A stretch of DNA of 64,000 bases from Candidatus Bathyarchaeia archaeon (GCA_049517415.1 JBEKSC010000008.1:1-64000); one strand, 5' to 3'. Counted from the stretch's first letter, positions 9,904-20,181 are shown. Notes: generated by a model not told the origin, from the letters alone. Numbers and translations are program-made.

Positions 9904-10179
9904 TTAGGTGATTTCGAGTTTTCGAAGTCTAATTCCGAATCGGTAGACCTCAGAGCTGCAGGTTTTGCAGCTGAGCCTCAGCAATTGTTTCTTTGTTGTC
10001 TTTGCTGTACGTTTCAGTTCCGGGAACTTCTGTCCGCCGTATCCATGCTTTCTTCGTCTTTGCCTTCTTGCTCCGTCGGACATGGCCCGTTCCTTACTCT
10101 TCTTGTAGATTGATACCTGGTGATCAGTATGTGATTTGCATTTTGGACAGTATGTTCGGATCTGTTTGGGGACTTTCAT
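9904..10179 (-). CDS. rpl44e: Ribosomal protein L44e (eL42)
   Basis: MKVPKQIRTYCPKCKSHTDH, GYGGQKFP, AKTTKK. Confidence 0.95.
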   Translation of the reverse strand: MKVPKQIRTYCPKCKSHTDHQVSIYKKSKERAMSDGARRQRRRKHGYGGQKFPELKRTAKTTKKQLLRLSCKTCSSEVYRFGIRLRKLEIT

Positions 10180-10221
10180 ACTGATCAGCCTGAGTTCGAT
10201 ACCTAGCCTTGCGTGCGCTAT

Positions 10222-10809
10222 TTATTGTTGATGGAGTTGTTCCGCCAATTCTTCAGGCAAAGTATGATGAACACGCTTAACATCAATTTCCTTAGCGAGG
10301 CCTTGTTTAATCAGTGCCTGGGCGTTTTGATTTGGAAGGGAACCCACGTCTTCTTTCTTGTACGGGCCGTATATTTTCAAGTCAACGCCAACAATTTCGG
10401 GAACATTATCAAGGAACCTTACGACTGAAAGATCCGCTTGATCTTCGGGAAGGGAGCCTCCCTGCTTAGCTTTGTCGTGTTCCTTGTAGTTTGAGAGAGA
10501 TTCATTGAAATGTTCCACGAGCCTTTTTTCTTCATCCGTTAAGTCATTCGTGCTAATTTCGGTGCCATCTCTTGCTGCGTTAACAATTTTGTGCAGCCTT
10601 GTTTGCTTAATTTCGTCGAGCAGGCGTTTTGCTACGTCCTTCTCGTCGACGAGTAGGCGGCCCTGGATTGTACGCGTGTCGCCAGCAACGGAGTCGTCTT
10701 CCAAGCCCTTTAGGTAGCCAGTGGCACGCTGGTAAAAGTCGCTCGATAGCGGCTGCGGTTTCTCGGAGGTTTTTTCCGCCTTCCAAGCCTTGTAGAGGTC
10801 GTTGTACAC
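10222..10809 (-). CDS. GINS complex subunit (Gins15/Gins51-type)
   Basis: Helical N-domain (PLSSDFY, RLHKIV, LTDEEK) plus B-domain (VRFLDNVPEIVGVDLKIYGPY...NAQALIKQG); position between priS and L44e. Confidence 0.85.
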   Translation of the reverse strand: MYNDLYKAWKAEKTSEKPQPLSSDFYQRATGYLKGLEDDSVAGDTRTIQGRLLVDEKDVAKRLLDEIKQTRLHKIVNAARDGTEISTNDLTDEEKRLVEHFNESLSNYKEHDKAKQGGSLPEDQADLSVVRFLDNVPEIVGVDLKIYGPYKKEDVGSLPNQNAQALIKQGLAKEIDVKRVHHTLPEELAEQLHQQ

Positions 10810-10811
10810 GT

Positions 10812-12101
10812 CTATTTCACCGGGTCTGCGACGCCCTTGGCTATTAGTAGGATTGCGACGGCTAGCGGTAGTTCAATTTTCTCGTTGGTGAACGGCCCAT
10901 AATGTTGGTCGCGCAGCATGATTTCAGGTGCTTCGCCTACTTGAACGACCTGGGCCCCTTCAAAAACTGCCGGTTCATAGAAAGGATCGAATTCTTCGAG
11001 GCGCTCTAATTCGACTGATGTGGCTTTGAGGCCTGTCTTCCCGTTCAACGTTTCCGGCATCCGGATCAGTCTGTGTATGTCCGTGGTCACGACGGTATCG
11101 ATCTGTGCAGGTAGGGCGACGAGGCTCATTGCTTTATCAACGATGTTTCTCCAGACCTTCTCGTTTATGCGCCACTTGTCTTGGAAAGAACTCCAAAGCA
11201 TCTTTCTCGACCATTCCTTCTTGATTGTTTCACGGTCCTTCAGAATCTGCGCGGCAGCGCCCCGTGTAAATCCAAGTTCAACCAGCTGCTGTTGATTCAA
11301 TTCCGTTAAGATTTGGTACACTCCGCGAGCAAGCCTACCGCGCCAACCTGGCTCCGTCAGATCAGGCCCGACGACAACCGGGTGCCGATTGTCTAGAATG
11401 TCCTGGTAAAGTCCCTGCTCAGCTGGATCCAATCCGAGGGCGAGGACATAATCTACGATCTCTTTCCGCTGCAGGTCGTCTAGAGTTTTCAGTTTGTCGG
11501 AAATTATGTGGAGGTGGTATCCTCTGTGACCGGAAAAAAACAGGTGCATCTGATTAGATTCAATTCCGAAGTCTTCTGAGAGAAACTCAATTAGTTTTAG
11601 GACTTCCTCCTTCGCAGCTATAAGACACCGAACGCAAAGCCAAGGTTTCTCATCTATTTTCTCGTTTCCGCACTTGGGACATTTTGCAGGCTTCCTTCCT
11701 CTTCGCGTCTCCTTGCAATTGGTACACGCCCACATGTCATGTGTTTCTTTGCAGGGGGTATCGATGTGATCAGCGTCAACATCGAAAACAACATCTGAGC
11801 CCTTCCAGCCTTTTTGATCCATCTCAAGAGTGGGGTGTGCATAGTACGCTGTAGAATAGTAAACATCTGAAGGCGCCAGCGATAAGAGCGAATCAGTGAA
11901 GGTTTCGAGATTCTGGAAGGCCTTGTGTCTTACCATTATCTTCTGAGGGAAAAGCAGAAACCCGAATTCGCGTTCCGTCATTGCAGAAGGGGGTTTGAGG
12001 GACGGACTTGCCGCTTTATAGTACTCTTGAAATTTCTGTTTTAGGAATTCGAAGCGTTGGGTTTGGGTGTTGGGTGGCAGGTCGCTCTTCCTCATGTTCA
12101 T
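10812..12101 (-). CDS. priS: DNA primase catalytic (small) subunit with zinc-ribbon insertion
   Basis: EREFGF, DVYYSTAYY, FDVDAD, FSGHRGYH, IDTVVTTDIHRLIRMP. Confidence 0.95.
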   Translation of the reverse strand: MNMRKSDLPPNTQTQRFEFLKQKFQEYYKAASPSLKPPSAMTEREFGFLLFPQKIMVRHKAFQNLETFTDSLLSLAPSDVYYSTAYYAHPTLEMDQKGWKGSDVVFDVDADHIDTPCKETHDMWACTNCKETRRGRKPAKCPKCGNEKIDEKPWLCVRCLIAAKEEVLKLIEFLSEDFGIESNQMHLFFSGHRGYHLHIISDKLKTLDDLQRKEIVDYVLALGLDPAEQGLYQDILDNRHPVVVGPDLTEPGWRGRLARGVYQILTELNQQQLVELGFTRGAAAQILKDRETIKKEWSRKMLWSSFQDKWRINEKVWRNIVDKAMSLVALPAQIDTVVTTDIHRLIRMPETLNGKTGLKATSVELERLEEFDPFYEPAVFEGAQVVQVGEAPEIMLRDQHYGPFTNEKIELPLAVAILLIAKGVADPVK

Positions 12102-12211
12102 GTCAGAGTAACTTCAGGCATTTCATTATTGAGTACTCGGCGCGAATACATCCTTCCATGTGCACTCACTTCATAAACCTAGCCGAATATAGTCCCAAGC
12201 GGTCTTACAGG

Positions 12212-12526
12212 ATGAGAGAAGGGTGTGTCAAAGTCGGCCAAGCGGTCGAATTTCCTGTTAGTTCTTTGAAGAAGGTTGTATTTGGCGGCGAAGATGTTCT
12301 CGTTGCAAATGTTGGCGGAAAGCTCTATGCGATACCGAACACCTGCACGCACAGAGGAGGGCCGCTTGATGAAGGTGAGCTTGAAGGAAATATCGTCATT
12401 TGCCCATGGCATGGGGGCCAGTTTGATGTTACAACGGGGAAGGTGGTTGGGCCGCCACCCACGAAAGATGAAATTCTATTTGATGTTCGCGTCGAAGGCT
12501 CCGACGTAATGTTGAAGCGAAAATAA
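12212..12526 (+). CDS. Rieske-type [2Fe-2S] ferredoxin
   Basis: CTHRGGPL and CPWHGGQFD motifs; likely start at ATG 12212 rather than 12008. Confidence 0.9.
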   Translation: MREGCVKVGQAVEFPVSSLKKVVFGGEDVLVANVGGKLYAIPNTCTHRGGPLDEGELEGNIVICPWHGGQFDVTTGKVVGPPPTKDEILFDVRVEGSDVMLKRK

Positions 12527-12532
12527 CCTAGG

Positions 12533-14905
12533 TTAACTCATCCATTTCCTCGCAATAATCACGAATGACACGAGAATTGCTACTAGGACCACCATGGCGA
12601 CCACAAAAGTTTCTACGGGAAAGGTCAGGGCGTAAACAGCTGTTACGTTCCCTGGCATATTCATGACAACAGGGTCTGTCGCAACTCTACCATCCTCTCC
12701 CACCCAGTAAGTCAAAGTGTATTCTCCACCTAGGTAGCCTGATGTTCCCTCAGCAGGCACGCTCTCCGGGGCGCCAACTTTCACAGTTGCATTAGCATCG
12801 TACCACCCTCCTCCCACCGTAGGTCCGAAGCGCGAGTTTACGACGAGTAGATATTGAACCGTGTAATTCAGCATCTTCAGTGAATTCGCCGATACCGCAA
12901 AACCGCCATTCTCGATTTCGTACCGGGTGCCGGGTTCACCTTGAATCTGAGTATCCAATGAAACCGTGTGCGTTTCTCCTTTGAGGAAGTATAGGTCAAC
13001 CCAGGAACCGCCCGATGGCTCGAGATTATCCTTGCCGTCTACCTGAACGGGAACGTTGATTGAGCTTGGAATACCACTGGTTACCAGTGTCAACCGGAAG
13101 AACCCGGTAGCCGTGCGTGCATCTATTTTTCCGAAGCCCCAAACCGGGGAGCCGTCCGTAGACACGCCAGTGTCTGCGTCAAGTCGTGCGGTTTGTCTGA
13201 GTATTCCCGGGATATCGATTGCTTGTAAGCGTGAGTCGTACTGGAGCATTAGGGCAATTACGCCCGCTACGTGTGGAGTTGCCATGCTTGTTCCCGATAT
13301 GATTCTGTGGAACGCGTCAGGGTCACTTTCTTGTTCGTGGATTGCATTTGATCTGGCGGATGCTATGATGGTTCCTGGTGCCACGACATCCGGCTTGATC
13401 CTTCCGTCCCTCGTGGGGCCCCAAGAGCTGAATGATGCGATTCCCCCGGGCTCTATGTCAGTAGGGCCGTAGACTTGACCATTCATTCCCGTCCATGAAG
13501 TGTTCGTTACGTAAGCGCCCACCGTCACAACATCTCTCGCCGTACCCGGTATGCCCACCGTGTCGTGGCTGTCGATCTCGTATCCGTTCCCCGGAGTGAA
13601 GGAGGGGCCAGGATAGGCGCAGGTTACCGCATCCGTCCACGCGTCCCAAGAACCTTGAGACTGAATTTGATTTCCTTTCAGAGTTACGCTCCATCCATTA
13701 GCTGGCAGGTATTTAGTCGAGTTGACTTCAAGGTACAGTTCCTTACCGTTGTTCGAGGAACTTGTTGTGGTTGTTACGTTGCCGAAATTGCTTACAACTC
13801 CTCCAGGAATTGTTGGGACATGGTAAGTCTGCCCATCTGGTATTGTGAGCGTCGCGTCGATCTGATCCTGAGGTGAATACCAGACATCGATCTGTAGGTC
13901 AACTGTTGTTTGCCGAACCTGCAGCTGGAAAGTCACGTTACTTCCCTGTGAAAGTTTGCCTTGAATGTGGGCGTTGTCTCGTGCCTCATTTCCGGCGGCA
14001 ACGACGATCGGCGTTCCCGCCTCCACGATTGCGTCGAGGCCGAGTTCGAAGGGGTCAGTTCCATCGTGGGCCCCAATGTTTCCACCTAAGCTGAGGCTTA
14101 TCACGGCACGTTTTCCCAGCTTGGCCGCTTTTTTCACAATGTAACTCACGCCATCTAAAAGGTGAGTTGTATCGAAGTTCCAGCTAGTGCCGTTGCATAA
14201 GCTATACCCGCTCTTCACGAAGATTATGCTCGCCCCCGGAGCTACCCCTGTAAAGTTTCCAGTAGCCACCCCGGAACTTGCCGCTATTCCGGCTACGTGT
14301 GTTCCGTGGCCGTACGTATCGGTTTCAGGACAGTTCTTCGCTTGAATGTCAGCTGACGTGCACTCGTAGCCGTAGTCGAAACCAATGGGTGGGCGCCCGG
14401 GAGTTGTTTGGTCCCAGACGTAGAGAATTTTGGTGGTTCCATTGGGGAAGGTGAAATCAGGGTGCGTCGTATCAATTCCAGTATCGACGAACCCAATGAT
14501 TACTCCTGCACCAGTTATATTGTTGCCATTAGGATCCTTTACTTGATTCCATACTTGCGGCGCTCCGGTATCGGGTACGCCGCTCTCAAGGTCAATGCTG
14601 AGGGAATGTGAATTCTCAATTCGGGTGACAAATGGCAAATCCGCAATCTCGGGGAGGCTGGTTACTAGGGTGTGGAGTACAGCGATGGGGCCTGCGGTCG
14701 ACGTGACTGTGCCGTATGTATTCAGCAACTGAACCTCGCTAGGGACAAAATCGTGGTCACTCTCAACGAAGATCGAGATTTGGACAGTGGGATTCTGTAA
14801 TCCACGAATAACAAGAGTAGCGTGAGCTGTTTGAGTAGGAGGTACTGAACTGGAGAGAATCGTTAAGATTGCGAGTATGCACAGAGCTACGGATCCTTTC
14901 TTCAA
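12533..14905 (-). CDS. Secreted, C-terminally membrane-anchored subtilase (S8), CspA-like with an inserted domain
   Basis: Signal peptide; catalytic VDTG, HGTHVAGIAA, GTSMATPHVAG; oxyanion AAGN; C-terminal TM helix. Confidence 0.92.
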   Translation of the reverse strand: MKKGSVALCILAILTILSSSVPPTQTAHATLVIRGLQNPTVQISIFVESDHDFVPSEVQLLNTYGTVTSTAGPIAVLHTLVTSLPEIADLPFVTRIENSHSLSIDLESGVPDTGAPQVWNQVKDPNGNNITGAGVIIGFVDTGIDTTHPDFTFPNGTTKILYVWDQTTPGRPPIGFDYGYECTSADIQAKNCPETDTYGHGTHVAGIAASSGVATGNFTGVAPGASIIFVKSGYSLCNGTSWNFDTTHLLDGVSYIVKKAAKLGKRAVISLSLGGNIGAHDGTDPFELGLDAIVEAGTPIVVAAGNEARDNAHIQGKLSQGSNVTFQLQVRQTTVDLQIDVWYSPQDQIDATLTIPDGQTYHVPTIPGGVVSNFGNVTTTTSSSNNGKELYLEVNSTKYLPANGWSVTLKGNQIQSQGSWDAWTDAVTCAYPGPSFTPGNGYEIDSHDTVGIPGTARDVVTVGAYVTNTSWTGMNGQVYGPTDIEPGGIASFSSWGPTRDGRIKPDVVAPGTIIASARSNAIHEQESDPDAFHRIISGTSMATPHVAGVIALMLQYDSRLQAIDIPGILRQTARLDADTGVSTDGSPVWGFGKIDARTATGFFRLTLVTSGIPSSINVPVQVDGKDNLEPSGGSWVDLYFLKGETHTVSLDTQIQGEPGTRYEIENGGFAVSANSLKMLNYTVQYLLVVNSRFGPTVGGGWYDANATVKVGAPESVPAEGTSGYLGGEYTLTYWVGEDGRVATDPVVMNMPGNVTAVYALTFPVETFVVAMVVLVAILVSFVIIARKWMS

Positions 14906-14920
14906 AGGCGACTTTCCCCT

Positions 14921-15997
14921 CTAGCTGCGCCGCTTTTCCACTGTGGCTCTTCCTTTGCCCTCTCTGAGAAGACTCCTTGCTTTTCTCCTATAGTAAGACA
15001 ATGGATGTTTTATGGAGCCGCATAGTTCATCAGGATTGACGCAAAGGCCGTGGGTCCGCATAGTACTGCAGTTTGGTGCAGTGTATTGTCTTCTTGACCC
15101 GCGTTTACCTGCAATGTGTTCCACTTGATAACGCGCAATCCTTTCATCGAAATCAGTGAAAGACTTGAACATCTTAAGCAGGTCGTCTTCGTTCGTTCCG
15201 ATGTTCAGTAGGAAGGCAGCCATGGCGAATCTTCCCATGTGAGAGATGTGTTTACTCGTTTGGAGGAGACCGAGCAGATTCCTCATGCATGGTGGCATTG
15301 CGGATGACATTGCTGCTCGAGGCATTTCGTCGGCCGCTAAATATTGTGACCTAGCCTTTAGTGTAGAACGCAACGGTTCGACGCGCTTTTCCAATTCCGC
15401 GGGAAGTGCTACCGTTGTGTCAGCAGTTTTCTCGAGTACTCTAGATTGGACTTCCTCCTCCAGGAGTCTCGCGAAATCTTCACGCGGAAGCAGGACACAG
15501 CCTTCAGCGAGGACCCTATTGACCAATTTCCATCTAAGGTCGTGAATCCGGGCTGAATTACTCACATAGAATGTGAAGTAAAGAGCGAATTCAAAGTGAG
15601 TGTCGCCAACATCTCGATCTGCAAGCTTCGCGTCCCACGCGAACGTGCCAGTTGCTATCTGCAAGAGCTTCTCTGGGCTTTCGTCTCTCAGCAGCTGGTA
15701 GGCTCGCTTTGACTCAGCGAGAGCGTATCGGCGCCGTGTTCTGTCGTCGCCGATGGAGCTGATCAACATCAGCGCCGTGGGGTAAGCGAGGATGTCTACA
15801 TCTTCTTGGGTCAGGTCAGCCGAGATTCTCCCGGTAAAGACGCCTTGCCTGATTCGTTCTATAGCGCGGTCGAGTATGGGAATTAGTTCAGGCCTGACAA
15901 GTTCTAGGGGATCAATGTTTCTTGACTTTATGTAGCTCGAAGCTTCTGCCGTGAACGGGAATTTTGCCAAGTCCAACTTGGTAAGAAGCGCCTGCAT
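14921..15997 (-). CDS. priL: DNA primase regulatory (large) subunit
   Basis: LAKFPF, WKLVNR, PPCM, YQVEHIAG, PNCSTMRTHGLC...C...HPLSYY (Fe-S cysteines). Confidence 0.95.
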   Translation of the reverse strand: MQALLTKLDLAKFPFTAEASSYIKSRNIDPLELVRPELIPILDRAIERIRQGVFTGRISADLTQEDVDILAYPTALMLISSIGDDRTRRRYALAESKRAYQLLRDESPEKLLQIATGTFAWDAKLADRDVGDTHFEFALYFTFYVSNSARIHDLRWKLVNRVLAEGCVLLPREDFARLLEEEVQSRVLEKTADTTVALPAELEKRVEPLRSTLKARSQYLAADEMPRAAMSSAMPPCMRNLLGLLQTSKHISHMGRFAMAAFLLNIGTNEDDLLKMFKSFTDFDERIARYQVEHIAGKRGSRRQYTAPNCSTMRTHGLCVNPDELCGSIKHPLSYYRRKARSLLREGKGRATVEKRRS

Positions 15998-16061
15998 GCT
16001 AACCGCCTCTAAATAGTTCGGCAGAGGCGAGGGTGGTTATGCCGTCTTGGCGTTAATAGTT

Positions 16062-16814
16062 CTACTCCGCCTCAATTCTCGGGGCCAGGAAATAGAGTAA
16101 CTTCCCTTGTTGAGGCATTTCGTACTCTAGTTTCACGGGCATGTTAGATGAGAATTCCAGTGTTACAAGCTCCGCAGCCATCGAGCCGGCCTTGGATATT
16201 TCCGCTAAATAGTTCAGGTTGAACGTGGCCTTGCATGGTTCCTTGACTTCAAGCTCCAGCAAAACGTCGCTGCCCTTCTCTAACTCAATCTTTGCTCCAC
16301 TGAGTTCCGTAACTGCTTCCGCGGTGAACTTCTCTGGGGTAGTCTCGAACCTCACGTTATCGCTGACTGTTTGAATTTGATCAATTATATCTTTGAAGCT
16401 TGAGCTGATCATTTTAATTTTCGTGTTGAAAGAAATTTTCGGCGTCGGCACCTCTTCATCTCCGGGATCGAGCGTGGGGAGAGTGAACGTAGTCTTCCAT
16501 TTTCCTTTGATGACCATGCTGAGCTTTCGAGTATTTTCATCGTATGACATTTCGAGAGGTTCTTGCCCAGCGCCGCGTAGCTTCTTGACAATGTCGGCTA
16601 CATTCAGGCGAATCTTCGTTGGTTGAGGGCAGGTGTATTCTTCAAATGCTGATTTGTTCCATTCAAAGTCAACCATAGCCACATGGGACGGGTCCATCGA
16701 TCTTAGTTTGATGCCTTCAGGGGCGGCGTTGAAGTCGGCTTCCTCAATGAGTGTAGATATCGCCGCGAGAAGGTTCCTCCAAAGCCTCGCATCACCGATA
16801 GTAGCTTTGAACAT
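16062..16814 (-). CDS. pcn: Sliding clamp PCNA
   Basis: SMDPSHVAMVDF, FNLNYL, YFLAPRIE. Confidence 0.96.
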   Translation of the reverse strand: MFKATIGDARLWRNLLAAISTLIEEADFNAAPEGIKLRSMDPSHVAMVDFEWNKSAFEEYTCPQPTKIRLNVADIVKKLRGAGQEPLEMSYDENTRKLSMVIKGKWKTTFTLPTLDPGDEEVPTPKISFNTKIKMISSSFKDIIDQIQTVSDNVRFETTPEKFTAEAVTELSGAKIELEKGSDVLLELEVKEPCKATFNLNYLAEISKAGSMAAELVTLEFSSNMPVKLEYEMPQQGKLLYFLAPRIEAE

Positions 16815-16898
16815 TCATCAATCACCGGATATCAGGGGGTGTCTTAGAGAGAGAACCTTACGCATTTTAATTGAGCGGTGCGAGTCGCGACGTGGACC

Positions 16899-17222
16899 CT
16901 AGGAATTTTCACGCCAAGTTGCCCCACAACTTGTGCACCGGAAGAACTGTGTTGAGGATTCATCTGCTCCGCGCGTTTGCACAAGCCAATAGAACGCCTC
17001 TTTGTGTCCACACTTGGGGCAATCAACTTTCGTCTTCGGTAGTGTACGAATTTTCTGTTCTTCTTTACCGATGACGACCACATTCTCTTTTTGTTGCTCC
17101 AACTTTTGCACCGTGCGGTCTGACCGCTTCGTCTCGTAGCCACATTTCGGGCAACTCAAGACGACGGATTTCTGTTTCTTTGTAGGCAGAAGAGCTAAAC
17201 CGCACTTTGGACAAAACTGCAC
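16899..17222 (-). CDS. tfs: Transcription factor S
   Basis: MQFCPKCG...CPKCG, QTRGADESSTQFFRCTSCG. Confidence 0.95.
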   Translation of the reverse strand: MQFCPKCGLALLPTKKQKSVVLSCPKCGYETKRSDRTVQKLEQQKENVVVIGKEEQKIRTLPKTKVDCPKCGHKEAFYWLVQTRGADESSTQFFRCTSCGATWRENS

Positions 17223-17663
17223 TTTGTTCGCCTTTTTGATTGGCCTTAAGGTCCTTTAGGGGCTCTAGGGGTTGTTAATTTGGGTTACTTATCCGCCCGC
17301 CCTTAGCCTAGGGTTTAGGGTTGCGAAAACTAACCAAACCGTGCTAGCTGCCTGGAGCGGGAGCATCTAAGTATTGGCGGAGTTGGGGAGGTTCAACGTG
17401 TAAACCTTTTCGTAATTGGAGACTGCAGTTGCAAAGAGGCCTTACAATACGCTGCATTATCGTAATCATGCTCTAGGTAGCATGGTCTTCTTCTTCGACT
17501 TTCACGAACACGATTGGCCAGTAAAATGCCTCGTAAAGTATGAATCCTAATTTCCGGCTCTCACGCCTGATCTTTGGTGACGCGGATGGGTACGAATCGC
17601 TACCTCCAGAAAAGCCCACTACTTTTTCCAGCAAATAACTCGACTATTAGAGCCTTTCAGGTC

Positions 17664-17725
17664 ACGGTTCAATTTGCGTTGCCCGCACCAGTAGACTCTC
17701 ACACACGTTTTTCAACGACGAACGA
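17664..17725 (+). repeat. Dispersed repeat family copy A
   Basis: acggttcaatttgcgttgcccgcaccagtagactctcacacacgtttttcaacgacgaacga; aligns by eye with the copy at 18813-18871. Confidence 0.8.
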
Positions 17726-17782
17726 TCATGTTCGGAATCGGTGGGTGTTATCGCTCCTTTCTTATCGCATCGTGAAGCGAAT

Positions 17783-18727
17783 CTACTTAGCACGTTTTGG
17801 CATCCAGAATAGGTAGTACATGAGGTAGAATGCCGCGATTCCGCTGAAAGGAGAGAATTTGCTTAGAAGTCGTCGAACTTCATTTGAGCCAATTCGCTTG
17901 CCTTTGAAATACGCTTGTGAGATTGCGCGTTGAATTCCTAGGTCGTCAGCAGGCAATGAATTCACCCTTCCCATGCCCCGAATCAACGTATATTCCGCAG
18001 TCCAAGGACCAACGCCCCTAATCTTGGTTAGCTCTGCAATCGCCGTCTCATCATCCATCCTCCTTAGACCTTCAAGGTCTAACTCCTTGCCTTCAACTTT
18101 CTTGGAAAGTTCACTTATGTACAATGCCTTATTCCTACTGAGCCCAACAGCCATCATTTGGTTCAGCTTTGCTTTCGCTAAAACCGCGGGAGTTGGAAAG
18201 GCATAGAAGCTTCTTCCCTCGAACTCCACACTCTCTCCATACTTCTCAATCAGGCGAGAGCGTACCGCTGCTGCAGCCTCGAGTGAAATCTGCTGCTCGG
18301 TAATGGCGATTACCAAGGCTTCAAAAATAGTCGGCGGTGAAACAGCTCTCAGCCCTCTGAGCTTCCATGAAACAATACTCATCAATCGGTCTTTCTTAAC
18401 AAACGAATAGAACTTGTCAAAATCAAACGAAGCTGCAAACATCGTATGCAGTAGTCTCTTCAATGCTTTAACTTCCTGAGCCAACAAACCTGGGTGAGCT
18501 TCCACGCTAAGACGTGGTTTTTCGATGGTTCCCTTGGATGTAACTAGGACAAGGACTGGATTCTCAGCAAGGTGAAGAACTCTTTTGTAAACACCGTTTT
18601 CATATACGTCTGGAAGGCTTTTCTCAAACCGACAGTGAATCCCCGCGCTTCTTTCAAAGTCGAATGGGGATTCGGGAAAAATGAAGAAACCTGTTTTGGA
18701 ACCAGTGATTCTGAGGGTCTTATCCAT
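17783..18727 (-). CDS. alkA: AlkA-family DNA-3-methyladenine glycosylase
   Basis: FEALVIAITEQQIS, AFPTP, HhH motif LTKIRGVGPWTAEY, PADDLGIQ. Confidence 0.92.
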   Translation of the reverse strand: MDKTLRITGSKTGFFIFPESPFDFERSAGIHCRFEKSLPDVYENGVYKRVLHLAENPVLVLVTSKGTIEKPRLSVEAHPGLLAQEVKALKRLLHTMFAASFDFDKFYSFVKKDRLMSIVSWKLRGLRAVSPPTIFEALVIAITEQQISLEAAAAVRSRLIEKYGESVEFEGRSFYAFPTPAVLAKAKLNQMMAVGLSRNKALYISELSKKVEGKELDLEGLRRMDDETAIAELTKIRGVGPWTAEYTLIRGMGRVNSLPADDLGIQRAISQAYFKGKRIGSNEVRRLLSKFSPFSGIAAFYLMYYLFWMPKRAK

Positions 18728-18791
18728 GAGTTGCTCGTAGCACGCTGAGAGAGTTACATGTTAAGTATTTGTGGATCTTGGCCACTTTAGT

Positions 18792-18877
18792 CGCACACAC
18801 TTCCTAGCGATTACGGTTCAAATTTGCCTGCTCGCACCAGCTGACCCACACACACTTTCTATGACGAACGACGACGG
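18792..18877 (+). repeat. Dispersed repeat family copy B (about 1.5 tandem units)
   Basis: cgcacacacttcctagcgattacggttcaaatttgcctgctcgcaccagctgacccacacacactttctatgacgaacgacgacgg. Confidence 0.8.
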
Positions 18878-19872
18878 CGGCCTTTTGGGGTCTTTCCGAG
18901 GATCTTACAAAGTTCGACGAAACTGCTTATGGCCAATGGAATACCCACTCCGAGGTAAAGCGAAGAGAAGAATATAGATTGGTCACGTTGTGTAACTAAA
19001 TTCGTAATCTGAAAATCAACTAACACAAAACTACCAGAGGCGTAAAGTGGGCTCGCTCTACTAATATCCCACTGGTACCACAGATTTCCTCCAGAGGCGA
19101 AAATGTTGTCTTCAGTCGGCGATGATTCAATTATGGCACCAGCAGGTTGCGCCACGTCCAGAACGTAACTCTCGCTGTCAAATTGGTTGAGAGGAGTTAC
19201 AGGACCAGGTACTATGTTCTAGATTGCAGGGCCGTAGTCGAACCGGTTGGTCAACTCGTATGTGGAGTAGGAATTCCGCAAGAGTGGCGTTTTAATGATA
19301 ATTGTCGCATTGAACCAAAAGAAATCATAAGACGTGTTATGATTTATCATACGATTTGCGCGAACCCAGAAATATGATAAGCCTGTTGCTTTGTCGAATC
19401 CCGGAGAGTAAGTAAAGTTAGGATTAGGATATCTGCTACTCATGCTTGTACCGAAAGAGCTCATTGGAGTCAGCGTCTTTTGCATGCTGAAAGATACATC
19501 CCAATCCAGTATTGTCGCAGAAGAATTGTATGGAATCTCAGCTCCGAACACTATCTGGCTCGAGTTGAACTGCGTTTTGAAGGAGCACGATATGGAAAGA
19601 ACTGCAGCGTTGAGATCTGGCCTTATCCCGTAGACCATAACTGCAACTCTTGTTGAGGTGATTCCGTAATTCCCGGCCAGAGTTGGATAATGTGAGGCGA
19701 AAATAGCTAACCCGTAAGATGAGGATGCAGGCGCATTACTAGGGAAGTTGAAAACGTTCTGTAGGCCCGTGGATCCACAGAAAGCAAGTACGATACCACT
19801 AAAGAGAAAAATGAGCAGGAGATAAGGCACTCTCCGGTTGACGACTCTTCCGAAGCTATCTATGCTAACCAT
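18859..19872 (-). pseudogene. Membrane-anchored extracellular protein interrupted by one in-frame TAG (19219-19221)
   Basis: ORFs 19219..19872 and 18859..19155 share a frame and the 63 nt between them are open (PAI*NIVPGPVTPLNQFDSESYVLDVAQP); N-terminal signal/TM and C-terminal TM. Confidence 0.7.
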
Positions 19873-20060
19873 CTAACCGAGACCCTGTTATTAGACCTGA
19901 ATAGTCCCTATAGCCACTAATGAATCGACCAGTGTCAATAACGTACGATTTAGGCTTACACGCCTACAATCATCCCCCAGCAGGAACTGCAATCGCCAAG
20001 CTAATTCAGCATGAACCGGGGGGGAATCTCAGCGTACACATGGAAACCCTTACGTGGACT

Positions 20061-20129
20061 TGTGGGTCTAGTGGTGCGCGCGCACACACTTTCCAACGAC
20101 AAACGACGACGGGTCGAATTTTGCTGCTC
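20061..20129. repeat. Dispersed repeat family copy C (composite of inverted and forward halves)
   Basis: tgtgggtctagtggtgcgcgcgcacacactttccaacgacaaacgacgacgggtcgaattttgctgctc. Confidence 0.8.
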
Positions 20130-20181
20130 TTACCGAAGTTTTTTATGGATTCATTACGCACCTTTAGCTGGGTTTGATGTA

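Noticed and set aside
12008..12211. N-terminal extension of the Rieske ORF
   Set aside because: Overlaps the priS start on the opposite strand; the Rieske domain begins at ATG 12212
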